Shown: one piece after another, positions 8,943 through 16,027 of the stretch | How the letters are laid out: the number at the start of each line of letters is the position of its first letter | How positions within the stretch are numbered: the stretch's first letter is position 1 | Assembly (NCBI GenBank): GCA_041660145.1 | Contig: JBAZWX010000001.1 | Coordinates: forward strand, 1,662-32,144 | Reading direction: 5' to 3' | Source of the DNA: Minisyncoccota bacterium | GTDB taxonomy: Bacteria > Patescibacteriota > Minisyncoccia > Phycocordibacterales > UBA12445 | Length of the DNA stretch: 30,483 nucleotides | Position numbers and translations under genes: made by a program | Notes under the pieces: model-generated | Database searches by the model: none | Told to the model about the DNA's origin: nothing | Seen by the model: the letters and a program-made list of their open reading frames with translations, nothing else

Positions 8943-9063
8943 GCCTTCGCCAAGGTGCGGTCTGGCGAGACAAAAGTAAACGAGTTGCACATAATTCTCA
9001 CAATCTCTCTATCTAATTTGCCTCTTTTCTGTTTTAATATATAGGTAGCGTAATTAAAATTTT

Positions 9064-9927
9064 ATGAATAACGATCAAAGGCAAACAAGCTCTATAGGCA
9101 ATTTAATTCTTGGTGTATTCTTTTTGGTTTTTGTTTCTATCTTTTTGTCGAATACGATAGGTAGCCTGGGTGTCGGGATGATAGTTTTAATTGTAGTTTT
9201 TCTTTTTGCAATTGCCGGCATCAGAATTGTTGATCAATACGAGAAGGGGATTGTTTTAACTTTCGGCAAATTCACAAGCACAAGAGGCCCCGGATTGAAT
9301 TGGATCTTTCCGGCAGTACAGGTTTTGATAAAAGTAGATACTCGTGTCGACACAGTAGATATTCCACAGCAGGAGGTTATAACAAAAGACAACGTAACCG
9401 TAGGAATAAATGCCGTAGTCTATTTTAAGGTTGATAGCGCCGAGAAGGCTGTTTTAGAAGTTCAGAATTATACAAGAGCTGTGGCACTTTATGCTCAGGC
9501 AACACTTCGAGATGTGATCGGAGGAGTTGAACTCGATGTATTACTTTCCGAAAGGGACAAGATTGCAGAGGAAATTAAAAAGATTGTTGATGTCGCGACT
9601 GATCCATGGGGCATAGACGTTTCAAACATTAAAATTCAGGATATTGAACTTCCGGCCGACATGAAAAGAGTTATGGCCAAACAAGCTGAATCCGAAAGAG
9701 AGAGGAGAGCGACAATCATCAGATCAGAAGGAGAGCTCGCTGCTTCAGAAAAATTGTCTCAGGCCGCAGAAAAACTTTCCAGTGTTCCTGGCGGTATGTC
9801 TATGAGGACCTTGGCTACTATTGAGAAAATCAATCCTGATCCATCCAAAACAGTCATTTTCGCTCTCCCGATAGAATTTATGGAGGGGATAAAGACTCTT
9901 GGTGAATATTTCAAGACCAAGAAATAG
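9064..9927 (+). CDS. SPFH/band 7 (stomatin/slipin-like) membrane protein
   Basis: N-terminal TM helices; GPGLNWIFP, VDIPQQEVITKDNVTV, QATLRDVIG, IQDIELP, MAKQAESERERRA motifs. Confidence 0.93.
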   Translation: MNNDQRQTSSIGNLILGVFFLVFVSIFLSNTIGSLGVGMIVLIVVFLFAIAGIRIVDQYEKGIVLTFGKFTSTRGPGLNWIFPAVQVLIKVDTRVDTVDIPQQEVITKDNVTVGINAVVYFKVDSAEKAVLEVQNYTRAVALYAQATLRDVIGGVELDVLLSERDKIAEEIKKIVDVATDPWGIDVSNIKIQDIELPADMKRVMAKQAESERERRATIIRSEGELAASEKLSQAAEKLSSVPGGMSMRTLATIEKINPDPSKTVIFALPIEFMEGIKTLGEYFKTKK

Positions 9928-9939
9928 TTTTAGAATCTA

Positions 9940-10635
9940 TTATTTTATTTCTTTTAGAAAATCTTTCACGAGGTCAGCGGTTTGGCCGTTGCTTTGGTAA
10001 ACTGACCGCCAAATGACAACAATGTCGGCGTCATTAAATATTGATCTTTGAACTTCGCGTACTGTGTCTCCGCCAGCTACAGATATCATTATGTCGTATC
10101 GGCTCTTTATTCTTCTTATCTCATGTAGCGGGATTTGTTTTTCTTTATTGAAATTTTCCTCATCGACCCCACGGTGTAGAATCACGACGGGTGGCACTTT
10201 TTTTAACTTGGTTAAGACGTCAAGCGGATAGTCTACGTTCATCATGTCTATCATGGCATCCATGTTTCTTGACTCGCATTCCTCAATGAACGAATTTAAT
10301 GTTTCTATGGGAGCGTGTCCTAGAGCGATTGCTGCGTTTGCCCCACCTTCTGCCGCTATGGCTACTTCTTGAGCGGCTCGGTCCATGGTTTTTAAATCGG
10401 CTACAACGTAGGGAGGGTTACCTGTTCCTGGCGTTATATATGTATTTGCCCACGCCCTTATGTTGGCGATGGCCTTGGCACCATACTGTTTAATTAAAGG
10501 TGTGCCGGCTTCTATTATTATTCTGTCACTTGGTGGCAGACTGCTTATAATGTTTTGGGCATCTCTAAGATTGTTGTTTAAGGCAACCTGGAGGTAGTGT
10601 AGTTTTTTATTTAAAAGGGGCTCTCTACCAATCAT
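9940..10635 (-). CDS. 3-hexulose-6-phosphate synthase-like protein (OMP decarboxylase superfamily)
   Basis: LQVAL, IIEAGTPLIK, VADLKTMD, LHR and VAGG motifs; resembles the HPS domain of archaeal Fae-Hps. Confidence 0.75.
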   Translation of the reverse strand: MIGREPLLNKKLHYLQVALNNNLRDAQNIISSLPPSDRIIIEAGTPLIKQYGAKAIANIRAWANTYITPGTGNPPYVVADLKTMDRAAQEVAIAAEGGANAAIALGHAPIETLNSFIEECESRNMDAMIDMMNVDYPLDVLTKLKKVPPVVILHRGVDEENFNKEKQIPLHEIRRIKSRYDIMISVAGGDTVREVQRSIFNDADIVVIWRSVYQSNGQTADLVKDFLKEIK

Positions 10636-10685
10636 AGAGATATTATAACTCGGAAGGTGTTTGTTAGGAACTTACAGACTTGCTT

Positions 10686-12893
10686 TTATTCAAAGTGAGG
10701 AATGTTGCCTGGTCGGCCGACTTGCTCTTTGAGAAGGGGATAGTTGTTTAAGTCCGGGTTGGTTTTTATTATATCTTGAGCCTCTTGTCTAGCGGCCTCA
10801 ACCATCTTTATATTTTTTATAGCTTCCATGCCCAGGTCTGATATTCCCCATTGTTTTTTGCCTCCAAGCTCGCCGGCGCCACGCAGAGCGAGGTCGTTTT
10901 CAGATAGTTCGAAACCATTCTTGGCTGTTTTAATGGCCAAAAGTCTTTCCATTGTTTTTTCTGATTTGCTTTCTGTAAAAATGTAGCAATAAGCCTGATG
11001 AGTGCTTCGAAGCACTCGGCCGCGAAGTTGATGGAGCTGGGCCAAGCCGAATCTCTCTGCTCCCTCTATGATGATCACAGTTGCATTTGGCACATTCATG
11101 CCTACCTCTACGACAGATGTCGCTACTAGAATATTTATTTGACCAGAATAAAATTTACCCATGGTCTCATCTTTTTCTTTTGGTGTCATCTTTCCATGCA
11201 GGATGCCGATTTCATACTCAGTGAAGATTTTTTCTTTCAAACGTCTAGCCTCATCTTTTACAGATTTGGCATTAATAGCGTTTTCTTTTTGGGGGTCAGG
11301 CTCGCTTATTCTGGGGCAAATGACATAGACCTGTCTTCCTGCCTCTAGCTCCTTTTTTATACGATCGTAAGTTGACTGTCTTTGCGAGGGTAAAACTATT
11401 TCCGTGATTAGGGGTAGGCGCCCAAGAGGCATTTGGTCAAGAAGAGTTAGGTCCAGGTCCCCGTATATGGTAAGTGCTAGGGTGCGTGGTATGGGTGTGG
11501 CCGTCATAGATAGAAGATGGGGGACAGGAGTAGGTGCTGTGGCCAATGGTTGTGTCTTTTTTTTGCTTTCTATTTTTACTGCAGCTTTTTTACGAACAAG
11601 TTTGGCCCGTTGGTTTGTACCAAAACGATGTTGTTCGTCTATTATAACCAGAGCCAGATTTTTAAACTTAACCTTTTCTTGAATCAAAGCATGAGTGCCA
11701 ACGACTATTGGTATTTCGCCATTTGCCACCCATTTAAGAAATTGAGTACGGGAAATAGCTGTGTAGTTTGACGGGTTGGTTTTTGATGGAAACTTAAAAC
11801 AACCACTTCCGGTGATGAGCCCTACATTTAAATTTAGGTGTTCGAAATATTTTATAAAGGAATCAAAATGTTGTTTGGCCAAAATTTCAGTTGGTACCAT
11901 ATATGCAACTTCGAGGCGGCCAAAATCTTGTCCAACCGGTCTCGTTGTCACCGTGGCAAAAGCGCAAGCGGCGGCCACGGCCGTTTTTCCTGATCCAACG
12001 TCTCCCTCCAGCAGTCTTGTCATAGGTTGTTCTTTTTTTAGATCGCCAAGGATATCGCCGATTGCTCTTTGTTGGGCGTTAGTTAATTTGAAAGGGAATC
12101 TGTCGGTGAATTCTTTTATGTAGGTGTCGGCTTTACTGATCAAAAAAGATTTATGCTTTTGGTATTCGGCTTTGTCTTTTTGCCTGGCCACTTGTATGAA
12201 AAATATTTCTTCAAACGCAAATCTTTTTTTAGCTGCTAACGCGTCGTTTTCTTTTTGAGGAGTGTGAATAAAAACTAAGGCTGATTTTAAAGAAGGTAAA
12301 TTGTATTTTTTTAATATCGACTCTGGTATGGGGTCAAAAAGTTGTTCGTGCACTTTTGCTGCTAGCACTTTTTTTACGAAATGAGAAAACCACAACGAGC
12401 TTATTCCGCGTGTTTCCGGATAGACTGGCGCCACTGTCATGGAATCTGTTTCAAATAACGTATTGGCGTTTGCAATGTCGATACAATCGGTTTCTCTCAG
12501 TAAGGGATTAACCATTGAAAGGTGGTCGTTTTTGTCTTTGTTTACGACACCAGAAAGTTCTACTATCTTTCCGACCTCTGCTTTTTTGGCCATGTATGCC
12601 TGGTGAAACCATATGGCTTTTATTTTCCCGGTGTTGTCCTCTATAACAACTTCGGCCATTGGAATTTTTGACCTAAATGCTTTGAGGGTTTTTGCACTGG
12701 CTACTTTACCGCAGATTATACTGCTTTCTCCGGGTATGAGGTCTTTTATATTTTTGTGCTGACCGAGTTCAGAGTATCGGGAGGGAAAGTAGTATAAAAC
12801 ATCGCGGATAGTCTTAAGGCCAAGATGAGCCAAGGCCTTTTTGTGAATAGGTGATAGCCGGGTTACCTCTTCTATAAGAGTTTCTGGGGTCAT
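10686..12893 (-). CDS. recG: ATP-dependent DNA helicase RecG
   Basis: Wedge OB domain, RLLEGDVGSGKT, DEQHRFG, MTATPIPRTL, HGKM, ATSVVEVG, ERFGLAQLHQLRGRV. ATG 12893 lies 6 nt after TACAAT. Confidence 0.96.
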   Translation of the reverse strand: MTPETLIEEVTRLSPIHKKALAHLGLKTIRDVLYYFPSRYSELGQHKNIKDLIPGESSIICGKVASAKTLKAFRSKIPMAEVVIEDNTGKIKAIWFHQAYMAKKAEVGKIVELSGVVNKDKNDHLSMVNPLLRETDCIDIANANTLFETDSMTVAPVYPETRGISSLWFSHFVKKVLAAKVHEQLFDPIPESILKKYNLPSLKSALVFIHTPQKENDALAAKKRFAFEEIFFIQVARQKDKAEYQKHKSFLISKADTYIKEFTDRFPFKLTNAQQRAIGDILGDLKKEQPMTRLLEGDVGSGKTAVAAACAFATVTTRPVGQDFGRLEVAYMVPTEILAKQHFDSFIKYFEHLNLNVGLITGSGCFKFPSKTNPSNYTAISRTQFLKWVANGEIPIVVGTHALIQEKVKFKNLALVIIDEQHRFGTNQRAKLVRKKAAVKIESKKKTQPLATAPTPVPHLLSMTATPIPRTLALTIYGDLDLTLLDQMPLGRLPLITEIVLPSQRQSTYDRIKKELEAGRQVYVICPRISEPDPQKENAINAKSVKDEARRLKEKIFTEYEIGILHGKMTPKEKDETMGKFYSGQINILVATSVVEVGMNVPNATVIIIEGAERFGLAQLHQLRGRVLRSTHQAYCYIFTESKSEKTMERLLAIKTAKNGFELSENDLALRGAGELGGKKQWGISDLGMEAIKNIKMVEAARQEAQDIIKTNPDLNNYPLLKEQVGRPGNIPHFE

Positions 12894-12941
12894 GTTTCTA
12901 TTGTATCTGTTTCGGTTTATGAAAGGCAACGACACGTACGC

Positions 12942-13676
12942 CTATGCCAAATCTCCAAAGAGGGCCTGAATTGTTGAAACCGCCGCAATGGTTGCAGTAT
13001 CGGCTCTCAAAATTCTTGGTCCCATTCTTACCGCGACACTGTTTTTTATTGCCAGCGACTGTTTTATCTCGTCGGCGGTTAATCCTCCCTCTGGCCCGAT
13101 TATAACTGCTACAGATTTTATCTTTGGTTTTTCAGTTGAAACATCTCTGAAGTTTTTGTTTCCTGTTTTCTCGAGTAAAAAAGTTAGGTCTGTTTTCCTT
13201 GCCGCTTCCAAGGCTTGGTCCATATTATCTAAAAATGTTACCTGTGTTGGATACGCTCGCCCTGATTGCTTTGTCGCCTCGATTGATATTCTTTGCCATC
13301 GCTCTACTCGTTTTTCTTTGTTTCCTGGTTCTATTGGGCTGTTTGTTGAAGGGAAAATAATAAGTTCTCTAACGCCCAGTTCTGTAATTTTTTGGATTAT
13401 ATAATCAAGAGCCTTTTCTTTGACCAGGGCTAACAAAACATAAATTTGCAGATCTGGCTCTAGGGGAGTGTCTATTTGTTGCATGGGTGACACTTTTACT
13501 TCCTTGCGTGAAGCGGCAACCACTTTTGTTAAAAAGCGTTTGTTGTTTGCGTCTTGGATTTCTATTGTTTCTCCTGGTTTAATTCTTCGAGCAGCAAAAA
13601 TGTGCACAGCTTCCTCACCAGACACTGTGGTCTCTTTGTCGATTTCTAGTTTTTGCGAGGTTAAAAAGTAGGACAC
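12942..13676 (-). CDS. rsmE: 16S rRNA m3U1498 methyltransferase RsmE
   Basis: IQKITELGV, EATKQSGR, IIGPEGGL, MGPRILRADTA motifs; GTG start. Confidence 0.93.
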   Translation of the reverse strand: MSYFLTSQKLEIDKETTVSGEEAVHIFAARRIKPGETIEIQDANNKRFLTKVVAASRKEVKVSPMQQIDTPLEPDLQIYVLLALVKEKALDYIIQKITELGVRELIIFPSTNSPIEPGNKEKRVERWQRISIEATKQSGRAYPTQVTFLDNMDQALEAARKTDLTFLLEKTGNKNFRDVSTEKPKIKSVAVIIGPEGGLTADEIKQSLAIKNSVAVRMGPRILRADTATIAAVSTIQALFGDLA

Positions 13677-13678
13677 GT

Positions 13679-14959
13679 TTATCTAGAGAGAAGTTCTATC
13701 TCAAGCTTGGTTACTTTTTGCTCCATCTGCGCTTTTTCCCAGCGCATGGTTTCCATAATTGCCGCTTGTTTTTCCACAGTATCTTTTAACCCTTTATATT
13801 CAGGGTCATTTCGGAGAGAATCTACAAGTTCTAGGAGTTTTTTACTGTAGAAGTCTATCAGATCGGATTTTGACTCTTTTATGTCCTCCGGAATTTCTTC
13901 GTCGGATAGGTTTATTATGTCTATTACTCTTTCTACGAGACGTTTGAGGGCGCGGACCTCTTCTGTCTCTCTTTCGTAGAGTGCCGCTAGAGTCTGGTTT
14001 ATTTCTTTAAGACCGGCCTTGAATTCTTCTTTGTTTTTTATGGCACGTGCATCGGCCGAACCGAACATCATTTTTATAACCCTGTTGATCATTGCCTCAT
14101 AAGTTTTGGCACCAGAGAGGTCCGTGGTAGCGAGCAGTTCTCCAAAAGTGGCAGATCCAACGCTTGTGCTTATCCTGTATTCAAATCCGTCTGCAACGGG
14201 TATTCTAAACTTTTTTAGAGTAGCCTTTGTTTTTTCGTCAGAGAAATCTATTAGTTTTCTTGCGTCGAGATTCCAGATTTCTTGCCTGAATCTTTCTTCG
14301 ATCTCTTTCAAAATTGGGCGCAGATCACTTGGGCCATGGAGCACCATACCAAATTCATCTCCTCCTTCGGCTGAGGCAGCAACCTCTATACCTTGAGCCT
14401 CCAACCATTTAACGGTTTCTCCATTTTTTAGCACATTGGCAAACATGGAAAGACCCTCGTTTCCACTTGTGTGGCTTCCGATGTCGTTTAGGGTCTTTAG
14501 TCCGTTCATGTCAAAATTTATTCTGGCCACAGAATAAAGATCTTCCGTTTTTACAATGTCTCGGTCGATTATTTCTCCTATGTGATGAGCAAGTTTGAAT
14601 TCGATGAATTCACGGTTGGGCATGCGCAAATATGCACGGCCATCCATGTAAGACATAAGGATAAGTTCAATGTCGCCTCGTACAAGGGCTTCTATCGTTT
14701 GCTGGTCAAGCCCTCCTTTGTTGTAAAGCTCTATTCTTCTTTCCTCTATTTCGCGAAGTTCTCGTCGGGGTATCTCTTCTAGAAGTTTGGCTATTACTGT
14801 CTCGGGGGATTCTGTGGCTGTCTCATCGAGCATGCTTTCTGGTTTCTTTGTCGCAGCCATTTTAAGCAAGGAAACTTTATCAAGAAGATTTTTTTCTTCC
14901 TTTCTTCTGTCTATATATTCTTGGGCCGATGATTTTCTCGTTGGCATTTTTTCTTCCAT
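13679..14959 (-). CDS. GGDEF-domain (diguanylate cyclase-like) protein with helical/coiled-coil flanks
   Basis: D...PNR, FDMNGLKTLNDIGSHTSGN, exact GGDEF (nt 14351-14365), STSVG, AD...K motifs in canonical order. Confidence 0.75.
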   Translation of the reverse strand: MEEKMPTRKSSAQEYIDRRKEEKNLLDKVSLLKMAATKKPESMLDETATESPETVIAKLLEEIPRRELREIEERRIELYNKGGLDQQTIEALVRGDIELILMSYMDGRAYLRMPNREFIEFKLAHHIGEIIDRDIVKTEDLYSVARINFDMNGLKTLNDIGSHTSGNEGLSMFANVLKNGETVKWLEAQGIEVAASAEGGDEFGMVLHGPSDLRPILKEIEERFRQEIWNLDARKLIDFSDEKTKATLKKFRIPVADGFEYRISTSVGSATFGELLATTDLSGAKTYEAMINRVIKMMFGSADARAIKNKEEFKAGLKEINQTLAALYERETEEVRALKRLVERVIDIINLSDEEIPEDIKESKSDLIDFYSKKLLELVDSLRNDPEYKGLKDTVEKQAAIMETMRWEKAQMEQKVTKLEIELLSR

Positions 14960-15081
14960 TTATTTGTTTATTACTTTCTCATATTATACTACAAATCTCA
15001 ACATTTTGCAAGATCTTTCAGAAATGTCAATAGAAATAAGGATTTTTACCGAAAGATCGATTTATGCGCTAAAATACTTCT

Positions 15082-15909
15082 ATGTCTCAATATTATAATC
15101 CCAAAAGAACCAAAAATATATATGCACCCGGAAGCAAGGAACCTTTTAAGCTGAGTCGATCAAAGATAGATCTTTTTCTCAATTGCCCGAGGTGTTTTTA
15201 TCTGGACCGTCGGCTTGGGGTTGGCCAGCCACCAGGTTTCCCTTTTAATCTAAACTCGGCGGTAGATACTCTTTTGAAGAAAGAGTTTGATATTCATCGT
15301 TCTACAGGACAGGCGCATCCATTAATGAAGAGTTACAAGATAGACGCAGTTCCTTTCGATCATCCCCAAATGGATTTTTGGCGAGATGCTCTTCGTGGGG
15401 GGATTCAGTATCTTCATGAGCCGACAAATTTTTTGGTAACTGGAGGAGTGGATGATGTTTGGATAGATTTAGACGGGAAACTTATTATAGTTGACTATAA
15501 ATCAACTTCTAAAGATGGCGAGGTTAACATAGAAGCAGACTGGCAGATTGGTTATAAGCGTCAAATGGAGATGTATCAATGGCTTTTCAGAAAAAATGGT
15601 TTTGATGTTTCGAAAAGAGGTTACTTTGTTTATTGCAACGGGCAAACAGACAGGAGGGCTTTTGATGCCCGTTTAGAATTTGATATCAAACTTCTGCCAT
15701 ATGATGGCGACGATAGCTGGGTTGAAGGAGCTATTGTAAAGGCCCACAAGTGTCTCAACTCCGATGAACTGCCCAAACCAGGGTCAAATTGTGATTTTTG
15801 TCAGTACAGAAAAGCAGCTGTTGCTCTCGAGTACCCGGACAATAAACCACCCCGCGGCAATCCACATGGTATTAGCGTCTTGCCGCGGACCAGGGGCGGT
15901 TTTTTGTAG
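15082..15909 (+). CDS. PD-(D/E)XK nuclease family protein (RecB-C/Cas4-like, CxxC...CxxC)
   Basis: LSRSK..LFLNCPRCF, GGVDD, IVDYKS, QMEMY, CDFC motifs. Confidence 0.85.
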   Translation: MSQYYNPKRTKNIYAPGSKEPFKLSRSKIDLFLNCPRCFYLDRRLGVGQPPGFPFNLNSAVDTLLKKEFDIHRSTGQAHPLMKSYKIDAVPFDHPQMDFWRDALRGGIQYLHEPTNFLVTGGVDDVWIDLDGKLIIVDYKSTSKDGEVNIEADWQIGYKRQMEMYQWLFRKNGFDVSKRGYFVYCNGQTDRRAFDARLEFDIKLLPYDGDDSWVEGAIVKAHKCLNSDELPKPGSNCDFCQYRKAAVALEYPDNKPPRGNPHGISVLPRTRGGFL

Positions 15910-16004
15910 AAGAGCTCGCCACCGCTCGCACACCCAACTCCTCGCCCATTCATTATTGCCATCTGCCCAAGGCAGACAGGCAGATGGCGAAGTATTCTGG
16001 GCGA
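15844..16004. repeat. Cluster of two nested GC-rich inverted repeats between convergent genes (terminator-like)
   Basis: AAACCACCCC/GGGGCGGTTT enclosing CCGCGGCAA/TTGCCGCGG then a T-run; TCGCCCA/TGGGCGA enclosing GCCATCTGCC/GGCAGATGGC. Confidence 0.7.
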
Positions 16005-16027
16005 TTACAATAAAAAACTTTTTTAAA

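Noticed and set aside
8728-8973. 81-aa minus ORF with repeated VHAPGL, and 66-aa plus ORF 8711-8911
   Set aside because: Artefacts of reading the tRNA and its duplicated 3' end.
10686-13676. Many 60-140 aa plus-strand ORFs within recG and rsmE (likewise within ftsH, the helicase, Kelch, Gfo and NOX genes)
   Set aside because: Antisense or alternative-frame shadows of long conserved genes with no independent signals.
13679-14959. Cas10/type III cyclase palm domain
   Set aside because: The motif is GGDEF with diguanylate-cyclase flanking motifs, not GGDD; no HD domain or Csm/Cmr genes.
15082-15909. Cas4 of a CRISPR-Cas locus
   Set aside because: No cas1/cas2, effector genes or repeat-spacer array in the window.
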